A stretch of 64,000 nt of DNA from Spirochaetia bacterium (GTDB lineage Bacteria; Spirochaetota; Spirochaetia; UBA9216). The stretch covers positions 352,001-416,000 of the forward strand of contig OZ223272.1 of assembly GCA_965140585.1 (NCBI GenBank), in the 5' to 3' direction. Below, piece after piece: positions 41,647-52,226 of the stretch (position 1 is the first letter of the stretch; each line of letters begins with the position of its first letter). The notes beneath the pieces were generated by a model. It did no database searches and was not told the origin of the DNA. It was given only the letters and a program-made list of their open reading frames with translations. The position numbers and the translations under genes were made by a program.

Positions 41647-44070
41647 ATGCGCAGAATTATCCCTGTTAACAGCGGCTGGAAATTTAAAAAAGATGAGTTT
41701 CCGGATGATGCCTTTACAATAGTTGACATACCCCATACTAATCTTGAACTTCCGCTCAACTGTTTCGATGAAGAAGATTATCAGTTTAAAAGCACATATC
41801 AAAAAGAACTTGCAATACTGCCCGAATACAGGGGCAAACGCCTGTTCCTCGATTTTGAGGGAGTTATGCTCACTGCTGAAGTTTTTATAAACGGAACTCA
41901 GGCGGGTGAACACAGGGGCGGATTCACTCCTTTCTCTGTTGAAATTACCGATCTTGTAGAATACGGAAAGGACAACATACTCATAGTAAAAACAGATGCG
42001 TCTGAAAATAAGGATATCCCCCCATTCGGCAAGGTCGTTGACTATCTGACATTCGGAGGCATTTACCGTGAAGTATTCCTTCGCGTTAACGAGTGCATCT
42101 ATGTTGAAGACACCTTTATCGTTACAGACCGTTTACTCGAGGAGACAAAGGATATCGCTGTAGAGCTGACAACACACAGCCTCAGAGCAGGAGATAATTT
42201 CGCTGTCAGCATTGTGGTTTTCCGCCGGGATGATCCCGCTGATGTTAAAATTACAAGAAAAACCATTCTGAAAGATGTTAAAGCCGGTCGAAACGTTCAC
42301 TATATACGGCTTGATGATATTGCCGGTATCGAATTATGGGATATTAAAAACCCTGTACTTTATAATTTTGAGATAATTTTGTCAGAGAATGATGCTGTGA
42401 TGGATGAAGTCCAGATCACTACCGGATTCAGACATGCGGTGTTCCGCCCGGACGGTTTCTATCTCAACGGACGCTTCCTCAGAATCAGGGGGCTGAACAG
42501 ACATCAGTCTTTTCCTTACGCAGGCTATGCAATGCCGGAACGGGTACAGAAGCAGGATGCCGATATACTGAAATATGAAATGGGTTTGAATCTTGTCCGA
42601 ACCTCTCACTATCCTCAATCCAGGCATTTTCACGATCGCTGCGATGAGATAGGACTGCTGGTCTTTGAAGAATTGCCTGGCTGGCAGTATATTGGCGGTG
42701 AAGTCTGGAAAGAAAACGCGGTAAACAGCCTGAAAGAGATGATTATCCGAGACAGGAACAGACCATCGGTTATCATCTGGGGAGTCAGAATCAATGAGTC
42801 GCAGGATGATCACGATTTTTACACCCGGACAAACAGCCTGGCAAGGGAACTTGACCCGACAAGACAGACCGGCGGTGTGAGATACATTGAAAACAGCGAG
42901 CTGCTGGAAGACGTGTATACCATGAACGATTTCGTCCACAGCGGAAATATCGATCCTGAGAAGATCCTGAGAACTCCCGAAAAAGTTACCAAACTCAAAA
43001 AGGGCGGAAAATGTCCTGTCCCCTATCTGGTCACTGAATACAACGGCCACATGTATCCAACCAAACGCTTTGACAATGAGGAACGTACAAGAGAGCACGC
43101 ACTGAGGCATCTGAGGGTAATCGACAGGGTTGGACTTGATAAGAGCATAAGCGGAACAATTGGCTGGTGCGCCTTTGATTATAATACCCACAGAGAATTC
43201 GGAAGCGGCGACAGAATATGCTATCACGGTGTTTCCGACATGTTCAGAATTCCGAAGACTGCTGCTGCAGTTTACTCAAGCCAGAAGGATCCATCGGAGG
43301 GGATTGTACTTGAACCGGCTACATTGTTTGCAAAAGGCGAACGAAGCGCGGCAAGTCTGCTTCCCATTGAGGTATATACAAACTGTGATTTTATTAAACT
43401 TTACAGAAACGGAAATGAAATAGGAAACTTCTATCCTGCCAGGGATGAGTTTCCCGGAATTGATCATCCGCCGATAATCATTAAAGACTTTGTAGGCAAG
43501 CAGCTTGATAATTCAGATTTTTCAGAAAAAGATGTTGCCTTGATCAGAAAAATGATCAGTTATGTAATGCTCAACGGAGAGGAGGCTCTAAAACCTTCCC
43601 ACATGCTGAAGCTCGGCATATTCATGAAGAAATACAATCTTAAATATGAAGATATTGTTTCACTCTTTCTTAAGTTCAGTGCAGGATGGGGAGACAGCGA
43701 AGACGTATTCGAGATTGCAGGATATGTAAAGCAGGAAGAGGTTGTCCGCAGACGCTTCGGTTCCGGAAGCCTCCATCAGCTTTATATCAAAGCCGATTCA
43801 GACACCCTTGAGTCAAACCGCTCAAGCTGGGATGCAGTCAGGCTTGAGTTCCGGCTGCTCGATCAGTTCGAAAACATACTGCCCTTCTGTTCAGACTACC
43901 TGAAGTTAGAGATATCCGGACCTGCAGAGATAATCGGCCCGAAACTCACATCATTTACCGGCGGAGTTGCCGCTGCATGGATAAGGACAACAGGCAGCCC
44001 CGGAACCGTCACCGTTAAAGCTGAATGTTCAAGGATGACATCGGAAGAGATTACAATAACCGTTTTGTAG
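41647..44070 (+). CDS. Glycoside hydrolase family 2 (beta-galactosidase-like)
   Basis: DFEGV, GGIYR.V, GLNRHQ, RTSHYP, RINES (acid/base), TEY (nucleophile) and W.AFDY. Confidence 0.92.
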   Translation: MRRIIPVNSGWKFKKDEFPDDAFTIVDIPHTNLELPLNCFDEEDYQFKSTYQKELAILPEYRGKRLFLDFEGVMLTAEVFINGTQAGEHRGGFTPFSVEITDLVEYGKDNILIVKTDASENKDIPPFGKVVDYLTFGGIYREVFLRVNECIYVEDTFIVTDRLLEETKDIAVELTTHSLRAGDNFAVSIVVFRRDDPADVKITRKTILKDVKAGRNVHYIRLDDIAGIELWDIKNPVLYNFEIILSENDAVMDEVQITTGFRHAVFRPDGFYLNGRFLRIRGLNRHQSFPYAGYAMPERVQKQDADILKYEMGLNLVRTSHYPQSRHFHDRCDEIGLLVFEELPGWQYIGGEVWKENAVNSLKEMIIRDRNRPSVIIWGVRINESQDDHDFYTRTNSLARELDPTRQTGGVRYIENSELLEDVYTMNDFVHSGNIDPEKILRTPEKVTKLKKGGKCPVPYLVTEYNGHMYPTKRFDNEERTREHALRHLRVIDRVGLDKSISGTIGWCAFDYNTHREFGSGDRICYHGVSDMFRIPKTAAAVYSSQKDPSEGIVLEPATLFAKGERSAASLLPIEVYTNCDFIKLYRNGNEIGNFYPARDEFPGIDHPPIIIKDFVGKQLDNSDFSEKDVALIRKMISYVMLNGEEALKPSHMLKLGIFMKKYNLKYEDIVSLFLKFSAGWGDSEDVFEIAGYVKQEEVVRRRFGSGSLHQLYIKADSDTLESNRSSWDAVRLEFRLLDQFENILPFCSDYLKLEISGPAEIIGPKLTSFTGGVAAAWIRTTGSPGTVTVKAECSRMTSEEITITVL

Positions 44071-44089
44071 CCGACCTTATGATGAAGAA

Positions 44090-45583
44090 TCAGGCTTCTG
44101 AATAGAAATCCTCAAGATCCTTATAAAATTCCAGCCTGCTGTCTGTTCTGGCATAGAACATATGCCCTCCGCTGTAATGTTTTACGGTAAGATTTTTCTT
44201 CAGGTCTTCGGGCAGATTCATCTGCGCCGTAATACGATCGGTCGCAAAATATGGAGTGACCAGATCGAAAGTACCATGAGTAATAAAGACCTTCATACCG
44301 GTATTCAGGCTGATCCCGTACCTTAGCTCATCAGCCGAACCTACCCGGCGCTCAAGGGCATGCTGCTTGGTATCAACATCCCAGCTTTCATTAACTTTCA
44401 TGCTCAGAAGCTCGTAGTCACGTTCGGTATCGAGACCGATTTCCTTGCGCAGCTGAGTATTAATACCGGCCGCAAAAACACGGTCGAGCATGTTCAGCGT
44501 CGGCTCCGGCCCCTCATACCCATCCTTTTCGGGCGTCGGGTCATCAACAGCAAGGCTGCTGTCATAAAGCCCAAGTATTTTCCGCTCGTTTCTAAGCAGA
44601 TTCCTGGCAAAGAAATCAAAACCAAGGCGTCCCCGGTTTCTTTCAAGTACTTCTGCCTGGATTCCGGTATATCGTGCAGCCTCGGCAATTATTTTTCTTC
44701 TTCTGGGAGCCGGAATCATGTCGCCTGAGACAAGATATGGCAGAAGCTCTGTAATGACAAAAGACTCAGCCTTTTTTCTGACGGCTCCAAGACTGTCCTG
44801 CTTTCCCATTTTTGCGGATTTTCCATGAGATGCGGCTGCTCCGGCCATAACCGGAAAGGTATCCACCCAGTGTAGAGCATCGTATGAAGACCCGCTGAGC
44901 AAATTAAACTCCAGAGCCGGTGAGATAAGAACAGCCCCCCTGATTCCAACACCGTAATCCTGCTGCAGCATTTTTACGAGCCTGGCTACCCGGAAACCTC
45001 CATAGCTTTCTCCTGCCAGATAAACAGGACTGTCCCATCTGCTGTATTTTGAAAGGTATTTTCTTACGAATTCACAAAGCGATTCAAGGTCTCGTACAAC
45101 TTTCCAGTATTCGTCCTTTTCTTCACCGCCGGGAAATTTTTCTCCGTTTTTAGCTGATTCAGCACCATCCTTCTCGATCAGACGGCTGAAGCCGGTTCCT
45201 ATCGGGTCGATGAAAACAAGATCGGTAAAATTCAGCCAGGTTTCCTCATTATCAGACAGTTTATAAGGGGGAGCCGCCGGAATTCCGTTATCCTGCAGCT
45301 CAACCCGTTTCGGACCTGCAGCTCCCATATGAAGATACACTGAGGAGGCTCCCGGACCGCCATTAAAAACAAAGGTCACAGGCCTGTCAGAAGTATCCTC
45401 TGCAACCTTGGAATAACGGACAAAGAACATCTCTGCACGTGGTTTTTCATCCTTTCGCAGTATTATCCAGTCCGCTTCAGCTTCATAGTCATAGCCGCCT
45501 GCAGATGTATTAATATTTTTAAGTATCCTGGCTCCTTTGAGCTGTGAATTTTTAACGTTGTTTTCTTTTGATTCTTCCTGCAA
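44090..45583 (-). CDS. Serine carboxypeptidase, peptidase S10
   Basis: FNGGPG.SS, DP.GTGFS, GESYGG, G.FDL.TP and GHM.Y. Confidence 0.92.
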   Translation of the reverse strand: MQEESKENNVKNSQLKGARILKNINTSAGGYDYEAEADWIILRKDEKPRAEMFFVRYSKVAEDTSDRPVTFVFNGGPGASSVYLHMGAAGPKRVELQDNGIPAAPPYKLSDNEETWLNFTDLVFIDPIGTGFSRLIEKDGAESAKNGEKFPGGEEKDEYWKVVRDLESLCEFVRKYLSKYSRWDSPVYLAGESYGGFRVARLVKMLQQDYGVGIRGAVLISPALEFNLLSGSSYDALHWVDTFPVMAGAAASHGKSAKMGKQDSLGAVRKKAESFVITELLPYLVSGDMIPAPRRRKIIAEAARYTGIQAEVLERNRGRLGFDFFARNLLRNERKILGLYDSSLAVDDPTPEKDGYEGPEPTLNMLDRVFAAGINTQLRKEIGLDTERDYELLSMKVNESWDVDTKQHALERRVGSADELRYGISLNTGMKVFITHGTFDLVTPYFATDRITAQMNLPEDLKKNLTVKHYSGGHMFYARTDSRLEFYKDLEDFYSEA

Positions 45584-45627
45584 AATTCTCTCCTAAAGTC
45601 GTTCCGCCGAAACAGCAGAATTTATTT

Positions 45628-46272
45628 TCAACCGGCAAGTCCCGGAAGGAGGCCTTTAAGCCCGTTTGTAAAGATTATGAATGCAAGGCTGATGAGTATA
45701 ATTCCGCCTATTCTTGTAACAACAGCACCGCTGCTTCCATGCATCCGAGCAGAAAGCGGGCTGGAGAAAAAGTAGGTGGCAAAAATGATTATACCATGAA
45801 TGATAATTACAACAGACATGGCCAGCCTGTCGGCGATGCTGACAACCATTCGGGCATGGGTTACAACCATGGAGATACTTCCCGCTCCCATTGTAAGCGG
45901 AAAAACAAGCGGTGAAATCACCAGAGTTTCCCAGCCCTCATCAGGGTTATCGTCAGTCTTAACCCTTTTTCTCGGGGAGCGCCCCTCCATGATCATCGGA
46001 AGCGATGTAAGAATAAGGATTAGTCCGCCTCCCGCGGCAAGGGCGTCCACGGAAATTCCCATGGCCTTAAGCAGAGCTTCACCCGCCCATGCAGTTACGA
46101 CAAGGAAAATGGCTGAATACAGCGCAATCCGGAAGGCCATCTTCTTCTGAATGCGCCGTGACATGCTTCCGGTAAGAGTCACATAAGGACCGATACATGC
46201 CATCGGACTGAAGATGGCAAACAGTGCAACCTGAAAAAGAGCGAGGTCGCGGATACTGAAACTTAATTCCAT
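45628..46272 (-). CDS. MarC-family membrane protein
   Basis: Six TM segments. G..LL..MGIS....AGG.IL, PL.FPL..G.G.I and TRI.G.IL. Confidence 0.88.
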   Translation of the reverse strand: MELSFSIRDLALFQVALFAIFSPMACIGPYVTLTGSMSRRIQKKMAFRIALYSAIFLVVTAWAGEALLKAMGISVDALAAGGGLILILTSLPMIMEGRSPRKRVKTDDNPDEGWETLVISPLVFPLTMGAGSISMVVTHARMVVSIADRLAMSVVIIIHGIIIFATYFFSSPLSARMHGSSGAVVTRIGGIILISLAFIIFTNGLKGLLPGLAG

Positions 46273-46297
46273 AGCCCGAATTATAATGCGTATTGTC

Positions 46298-46326
46298 TGG
46301 ACATTAAAGTGGTTTTTTGATATTCT
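46298..46326 (+). promoter_or_regulatory. Candidate promoter for tRNA-Cys
   Basis: TGGACA-17 nt-TATTCT. Confidence 0.45.
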
Positions 46327-46389
46327 CTTCCATACTTATCATATGGTGTTGTGCCTTTGGCGCGGCTCAGTTGAACAAGTAAGAAATAT

Positions 46390-46461
46390 GGCGCCGTACC
46401 CAAGTGGTAAGGGAGAGGTCTGCAAAACCTTGATGCAGCGGTTCGAATCCGCTCGGCGCCT
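46390..46461 (+). tRNA. tRNA-Cys(GCA), CCA not encoded
   Basis: GGCGCCG acceptor stem pairs with CGGCGCC. Anticodon loop CTGCAAA, GGTTCGAATCC T-arm, U discriminator. Confidence 0.96.
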
Positions 46462-46470
46462 CTAATATTC

Positions 46471-46507
46471 AAAAAATGGTCAGAAGTAACTTCTGACCAT
46501 TTTTTTT
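46471..46507 (+). terminator. Intrinsic (bidirectional-type) terminator after tRNA-Cys
   Basis: A6-TGGTCAGAAG-taa-CTTCTGACCA-T8. Confidence 0.9.
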
Positions 46508-46597
46508 CATCATTCGGCATTATAGGCAGTGTCTTTTTAATCATTGTTTTACAATTGATCTCTTGATTATTTTTCAAAATATAAATACCTTTAAATT

Positions 46598-47005
46598 ATG
46601 TTTAGCGAAGATTCTGACTGGAAAACTTTTTATAACGAAGCGAAAGGCTATCACAAAACCTTAAACGGCTGCCTTAAGCGCCCCAAAGTGTTTATTCCCG
46701 TGATTGTATCCAACATAGCGGCTATGTGCATCGAGAAGTATTTCATGGCAGCCTTCATGTACAGGGGCGTTCTGCCGGCAAACCATACCATGGCAGATTT
46801 TATTGAAACTGCAGCAGAAGTGAAGGAACTTTCTCCCGAACTTGTTGAAATTATGGAATACATGGATTCTATTCAGATGATCTGTTCATTTTTCAACGTA
46901 AAAACAGTTGAGCCGGAAGAAAAGGACATTCCCCGTTTTATCAAGGCTGCCGATATGGTTGCGGAATACGTTGACGGAATTATAGGTTCTGCGGTTCCTG
47001 TGTAG
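46598..47005 (+). CDS. Small helical protein resembling a HEPN domain
   Basis: AAMCIEKYFMA...RG..P.NHT...F matches the HEPN 'A.EK.LKA....G....TH.L..L' pattern. No R-x4-6-H motif. Confidence 0.55.
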   Translation: MFSEDSDWKTFYNEAKGYHKTLNGCLKRPKVFIPVIVSNIAAMCIEKYFMAAFMYRGVLPANHTMADFIETAAEVKELSPELVEIMEYMDSIQMICSFFNVKTVEPEEKDIPRFIKAADMVAEYVDGIIGSAVPV

Positions 47006-47010
47006 AAAGC

Positions 47011-48513
47011 TCAGACATCCATAGTTGCGGCTGTAAGAATTATCTCCTTTGTGGCCTCTTCTCTTTTCAGCTCCTTTGCTATCCGGCCTCCGGCCAGAAC
47101 AAGGATACGGTCCGACATCCCCAGAATTTCTTCAATCTCCGATGAGATAAAGATGATGGCAGCTCCCTTCGAAACTATTTCATTCATGACGTTATAAATA
47201 TCCACCTTTGAAGCTGCATCAACTCCGCGGGTAGGTTCATCCATGATGTAAATCGGGGAGCGGTTCATAAGCCACTTTCCAAGCATTACCTTCTGCTGAT
47301 TGCCTCCCGAATAATCGCCAATCAGATCATTCTGCTTTCCCGGTTTAATTTTCAGAATCTCAACATATTCATGGGTCAGCTGGCTCATAAAAAGCTTGTT
47401 CAGAAACAGCCTGTTTACAAAGCGCCTCAGGGTTGCGCTGGTCATATTACGCTGCAGATCATGCTTTGAAAAAATGCCGTTCTTTATCCGGTCTTCGGGA
47501 ATCAGTGAAATACCACAGGACATAGCCGCCTGCGGATGAGAAAAGTTCACAATACCGCCGCCAATTTTAATTTCCCCGCTGGTAGGCTGAACAGCACCGA
47601 AGAGGCAGTTTGCAAGCAGAGTCCGTCCCGATCCCATAAGCCCGGTCACCCCCAGGATTTCTCCCTGACGCAGATCAAAGTTAACACCTTTGAGAATCGG
47701 TTCAAACACAAGATCGGTTACAGAGAGGACTATTCTTCCCCTGGGACCGGAGATCTTCGGATACTTTTCCTGATGAACATCACCGGACATCATATTAATC
47801 AGACTTTCATTACGAACAGAATCACAGTCCGAAGTTGCAATTACCCGGCCACGGTGCATAACCGATACCCGATCTCCCACCTCTGCTATCTCATCAAGCC
47901 GGTGCGAGATGTAAAAGATTCCCTTGTTCATGGACTTCAGCTTACGGACAATATTAAAAAGGACTTCTCTTTCAGGCTGTGAAAGAGCGGAAGAGGGTTC
48001 ATCAAAGATGATTATATCAGCATCCGAAATATAACTCTTTACAACAAAAACCATCTGCCGTTCCGCGTATCCGAGTTTAAAGAACTTCTCCATCGGATCT
48101 ATAGAAAGGCCAAGCTCCCTGAAGACTTCACCGCATTTGAAAATCAGCTCATTTACATTAAAAATTCCCAGGCCCCTGCTTACCTTCGGAAGATCACCCA
48201 TAAAAAGGTTCTCGGCAACACTGAGATTTTCGAAATACTGAACTTCCTGATGGAGGTAGTAAATTCCCAGCTTCCGGGCATCCCTGATATCCCTGAAGAA
48301 AACCGGAGACCCGCTGATTTTGATTTCACCGCTGTCATGCGGAAACCATCCCGCAATCAGCTTCATCATCGTTGATTTACCGGAGCCGTTTTCTCCGACA
48401 AGTACGTGCACTTCTCCGCGGTACAGATCTATATCAATATTCTGAAGGTTGAACCCGTTGAATTCCTTTGAGATATTCTTCAGCTCAAGCAGCGGAGAAG
48501 ATTTTATATTCAT
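47011..48513 (-). CDS. Sugar ABC ATPase with two NBDs, no adjacent permease
   Basis: GENGSGKS, FDEPS, PEDR, SGGNQQK and DEPTRG.D. Confidence 0.9.
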   Translation of the reverse strand: MNIKSSPLLELKNISKEFNGFNLQNIDIDLYRGEVHVLVGENGSGKSTMMKLIAGWFPHDSGEIKISGSPVFFRDIRDARKLGIYYLHQEVQYFENLSVAENLFMGDLPKVSRGLGIFNVNELIFKCGEVFRELGLSIDPMEKFFKLGYAERQMVFVVKSYISDADIIIFDEPSSALSQPEREVLFNIVRKLKSMNKGIFYISHRLDEIAEVGDRVSVMHRGRVIATSDCDSVRNESLINMMSGDVHQEKYPKISGPRGRIVLSVTDLVFEPILKGVNFDLRQGEILGVTGLMGSGRTLLANCLFGAVQPTSGEIKIGGGIVNFSHPQAAMSCGISLIPEDRIKNGIFSKHDLQRNMTSATLRRFVNRLFLNKLFMSQLTHEYVEILKIKPGKQNDLIGDYSGGNQQKVMLGKWLMNRSPIYIMDEPTRGVDAASKVDIYNVMNEIVSKGAAIIFISSEIEEILGMSDRILVLAGGRIAKELKREEATKEIILTAATMDV

Positions 48514-49298
48514 TCGCAGCCTTCAAACGCCTCCATGGAAGTGTACATCGGAACTCCCGATGAAAATATCTGCGACTTGAAAGAATCTTCAAGATCCGGA
48601 TCTGAAACAAGCCCCTGGGCTATTCGGATATCTCCAAGTCTGAAAAACGCATTATGCGAGAAGCGTCCGGATGGACATACAATTATTGAATTGCCGGCCA
48701 TAGCTTTGGCTTCAAGGATAAAATCAGCCTTCTCCTGACTGCTCACAGACATGTGCATGTCGCTGCTTATACCGTCAACCTCTATAAAAAGCCTGTTAAC
48801 AAAAAACTTGTTGAGGTTGGAAATGGTCATCGAACCGAAAACGGCAAACTCCTCCTGATCAAGTGTCCCTCCCAGCAGTACAACCTTATTCTGCTGCTGC
48901 CCGGTAAGCAGGGCGGCGCAAGCAACATCATTGGTTAGAATTGTGAGGTTTGAGCGTTCATTCAGTCTTGAAGCAATACAACGGTTCACTTCACCATTTG
49001 TGAGCATTATCACATCACCATCGGCAATCATGCGCATTGCGATTGCAACAATTTCATCGTGAGTTTCGGATGCAGTACTTTTGGAAAGTATCTGGTTGAG
49101 ACTGGTGTCCGAATCGGGCCGGTTAATAACCGCCCCGCCGTGGGTTCTTGTAAGCCAGCCTTCGGCTTCAAGCCGTTCAAGATCACGCCTTACTGTTACT
49201 TCAGACACTCCAAGCAGGCTGCTTAGAGTCTGGACCTGAGCCTGTCCGTGTTCCTCAAGATGCATTTTAATAAGTCTAGTTCTTTCAATTGCGTACAC
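48510..49298 (-). CDS. DeoR/GlpR-family regulator
   Basis: VSEVTVRRDL..LE..G...RTHGGA and C-terminal LLGG domain. GTG start with GGAG RBS. Confidence 0.9.
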   Translation of the reverse strand: MYAIERTRLIKMHLEEHGQAQVQTLSSLLGVSEVTVRRDLERLEAEGWLTRTHGGAVINRPDSDTSLNQILSKSTASETHDEIVAIAMRMIADGDVIMLTNGEVNRCIASRLNERSNLTILTNDVACAALLTGQQQNKVVLLGGTLDQEEFAVFGSMTISNLNKFFVNRLFIEVDGISSDMHMSVSSQEKADFILEAKAMAGNSIIVCPSGRFSHNAFFRLGDIRIAQGLVSDPDLEDSFKSQIFSSGVPMYTSMEAFEGCE

Positions 49299-49332
49299 TT
49301 AAGCTCTCCAGTACCGGAATATTCTATCATGG

Positions 49333-49409
49333 AATCATATTCGCGCAAAATAATATACAGATTTTTCTTGACAGATAAAAAAACCGGTCCTATGATTTAA
49401 TCATATTCG
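49333..49409 (+). promoter_or_regulatory. chvE promoter bracketed by 11-bp direct repeats
   Basis: TTGACA(49368)-17-TATGAT(49391). AATCATATTCG at 49333 and 49399. Confidence 0.7.
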
Positions 49410-49481
49410 TAACCAAACGATTACGTTTTTATTACATTACAGACCGTTTGGTTGCTGAAATTATACCATTTGGAGGAAAAA

Positions 49482-50558
49482 ATGAAAAGGATTGTAACTA
49501 TCCTGACAGCAGCTCTTGTTTTGCTGACAGCAGTTATGCCGGTGTTTGCAGGAGGAGAACAGGAGAGCAAACAGCAAATCGTAGGTGTGGCAATGCCGAC
49601 ACAGTCATCACAGAGATGGATCCAGGACGGCGGATACATGAAAGAAATCCTGGAGGAAAGAGGCTACAAGGTAGACCTGCAGTACGCCGAGGATAATATC
49701 GATGCACAGGTAAACCAGATTGAGAACATGATAGTTAAAGGTGCCGACTGCCTGGTTATTGCCGCCATCGACGGTGCCGCTCTGTTCAATGTTCTTGAGC
49801 AGGCAGCAAAGAATGACGTAAAAGTTATTTCCTATGACAGACTTATCGTAAACTCACCCCACGTAAGCTACTACGCAACATTTGACAACTTCAAAGTAGG
49901 TGTTCTTCAGGGAGGATATATTGTAGACGCTCTGAACCTGAAATCCGGTGCAGGCCCATTCAATATTGAGCTTTTTGCGGGTTCTCCTGACGATACAAAC
50001 GCATATTACTTCTTTGACGGCGCAATGAGCCAGCTTCAGCCCTACATTGACAAGGGTCAGCTTAAAGTTGTTTCAGGCCAGACAAACTTCGACCAGGTTG
50101 CAACACTCAGATGGGACGGAATTGTCGCACAGCAGAGAATGGATAACCTGCTTGCCGCTTTTTACACAGATAAAAACGTTGATGCAGTTCTTTCTCCGTA
50201 TGACGGTCTGTCAATCGGTATCCTTTCAGCTCTTAAGTCCGTTGGATACGGAAAAACAAAAGATCTTCCTATTGTAACAGGACAGGACGCTGAAATCCCT
50301 TCAGTAAAATCAATACTCGCCGGAGAGCAGGCTTCAACAGTATTCAAGGACACAAGAACTCTCGCAAAACGCGCTTCAGATATGGTTGATGCTGTGCTGC
50401 AGGGAAAAGAACCTGAAATCAACGACAGAAAAACCTACGACAACGGAACCGGTATAGTTCCATCATTCCTTGAAACTCCGGTTTCTGTAGACATCAGCAA
50501 CTGGGAAGCAGCACTGATCGACACAGGCTACTATACCAAGGCAGATCTGGGGATGTGA
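49482..50558 (+). CDS. chvE: Multiple-monosaccharide ABC binding protein
   Basis: [43 protein letters not shown] and TGQDAE. Confidence 0.92.
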   Translation: MKRIVTILTAALVLLTAVMPVFAGGEQESKQQIVGVAMPTQSSQRWIQDGGYMKEILEERGYKVDLQYAEDNIDAQVNQIENMIVKGADCLVIAAIDGAALFNVLEQAAKNDVKVISYDRLIVNSPHVSYYATFDNFKVGVLQGGYIVDALNLKSGAGPFNIELFAGSPDDTNAYYFFDGAMSQLQPYIDKGQLKVVSGQTNFDQVATLRWDGIVAQQRMDNLLAAFYTDKNVDAVLSPYDGLSIGILSALKSVGYGKTKDLPIVTGQDAEIPSVKSILAGEQASTVFKDTRTLAKRASDMVDAVLQGKEPEINDRKTYDNGTGIVPSFLETPVSVDISNWEAALIDTGYYTKADLGM

Positions 50559-50611
50559 TTTTTCTTGAGTTTGATGTTTGGAGATTTTATAATTCAATAG
50601 AATGACAGTAT

Positions 50612-50639
50612 ATATCGCCGGTCATAAAGCCGGCGATAT
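50612..50639 (+). other. Intercistronic stem-loop after chvE
   Basis: ATATCGCCGG...CCGGCGATAT inverted repeat. Confidence 0.6.
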
Positions 50640-50672
50640 CCATCTGTACAGATCGGGAGAATCATAGGAACA

Positions 50673-52226
50673 ATGGCAAATACCATTCTGGAAATGCGCA
50701 ACATAACAAAAAAATTCTCAGGGGTAACTGCTCTTAATAATGTCGGACTTACAGTTATGGATGATGAAATCCATGCCCTGGTTGGAGAAAACGGTGCGGG
50801 TAAATCAACCCTGATGAAGGTACTTTCCGGAGTTCACCCGCATGGAAGTTATGAAGGCGAAATACTGCTTGAAGGCAGTGAATGCACTTTTAAGAATATT
50901 AAGGACAGTGAAAAACTGGGAATAGTTATTATTCATCAGGAACTGGCCCTTATACCATACCTGTCAATCGCTGAGAACATCTTCCTCGGGAACGAGGTGA
51001 ACAATGCCGGTGTTATCGATTGGAATCACACTATAAGCAAGGCGGCTGCCCTGCTAAGAAAAGTTGGACTGGATGAAAATCCTACCACTCTGATCGGGAA
51101 CATCGGAGTTGGAAAACAGCAGCTTGTTGAAATAGCGAAGGCTCTTTCCAAAGATGTAAAGCTGCTTATTCTTGATGAACCTACAGCAGCCCTGAACGAC
51201 GAGGAATCACAGAAACTTCTGAAACTGTTAATCGACTTAAAATCCCATGGGGTTACATCCATCCTGATAAGCCACAAGCTTAATGAGGTGGAACAGATTG
51301 CAGATCAGATTACCGTGATACGCGATGGAAAAGTTATCGAAACCCTGAACAGAAAAGAACACGACTTTAACGAGGACAGGATAATCAAAAGCATGGTCGG
51401 CCGGGAGATTACCGACCGCTGGCCTGAACGCAGCAATACAATCGGAGATGAAGTATTCAAGGTTGAAGACTGGACGGTATATCACCCTCAGCAGGAGGGC
51501 AGAAAAGTAGTCAACGCTGTATCATTCAACATCAAAGCCGGTGAGGTTGTCGGATTTGCCGGACTCATGGGAGCAGGAAGAACCGAAATAGCAATGAGCC
51601 TGTTCGGTAAATCATACGGACAGAAACACTCCGGAAGGATATTCAAGCAGGGCAGAGAAATAAGACTGAACACCGTCAATGAGTCTATAGACCAGGGGGT
51701 GGTTTACCTGACTGAAGACCGTAAGAATTATGGTCTTGTGCTGATTAACGATATAAAAACAAATATCTGCCTAGCAAATTTGAAACGGATCTCCCAGAAC
51801 GGAGTTCTGAATCTCAACGAGGAAATCGTTCAGTCGGACGATTACCGAAAAAAACTTGCCCTCCGCTGTACCGGCCTGGAACAGACTGTCGAGAGTCTTT
51901 CGGGAGGTAACCAGCAGAAGGTTGTACTGAGCAAGTGGCTTATGGCTCAGCCTGATGTACTTATGCTTGATGAACCGACAAGGGGCATCGATGTTGGAGC
52001 AAAATATGAAATCTACACTATCATCAATAAACTTGCCTCGGAAGGCAAATCAATACTCATGATAAGTTCCGAGCTTCCGGAGCTTCTGGGTATGTGCGAC
52101 AGAATCTATGTAATCAACGAAGGAGAGGTGGCTGACTGCATAGACAGGGAGAACGCTTCACAGGAGAGCATAATGAAGGCAATTATGGCTCACCAGAAAA
52201 TGAAAAGAAAAGGGGGAAATATTTAA
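50673..52226 (+). CDS. mmsA: Multiple-monosaccharide ABC ATPase (GguA/MmsA)
   Basis: [31 protein letters not shown] and LSGGNQQK. Confidence 0.9.
   Translation: MANTILEMRNITKKFSGVTALNNVGLTVMDDEIHALVGENGAGKSTLMKVLSGVHPHGSYEGEILLEGSECTFKNIKDSEKLGIVIIHQELALIPYLSIAENIFLGNEVNNAGVIDWNHTISKAAALLRKVGLDENPTTLIGNIGVGKQQLVEIAKALSKDVKLLILDEPTAALNDEESQKLLKLLIDLKSHGVTSILISHKLNEVEQIADQITVIRDGKVIETLNRKEHDFNEDRIIKSMVGREITDRWPERSNTIGDEVFKVEDWTVYHPQQEGRKVVNAVSFNIKAGEVVGFAGLMGAGRTEIAMSLFGKSYGQKHSGRIFKQGREIRLNTVNESIDQGVVYLTEDRKNYGLVLINDIKTNICLANLKRISQNGVLNLNEEIVQSDDYRKKLALRCTGLEQTVESLSGGNQQKVVLSKWLMAQPDVLMLDEPTRGIDVGAKYEIYTIINKLASEGKSILMISSELPELLGMCDRIYVINEGEVADCIDRENASQESIMKAIMAHQKMKRKGGNI

Noticed and set aside
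42382-43227. 281-aa antisense ORF in the GH2 gene
   Set aside because: Shadow of a well-conserved catalytic domain.
46556-46578. FNR/CRP box upstream of the HEPN-like gene
   Set aside because: TTGAT-N5-TTCAA has the wrong spacing and a mismatch, in an AT-rich context.
46390-47010. Genomic island integrated at tRNA-Cys
   Set aside because: No integrase and no duplicated tRNA 3' end was seen in the window.
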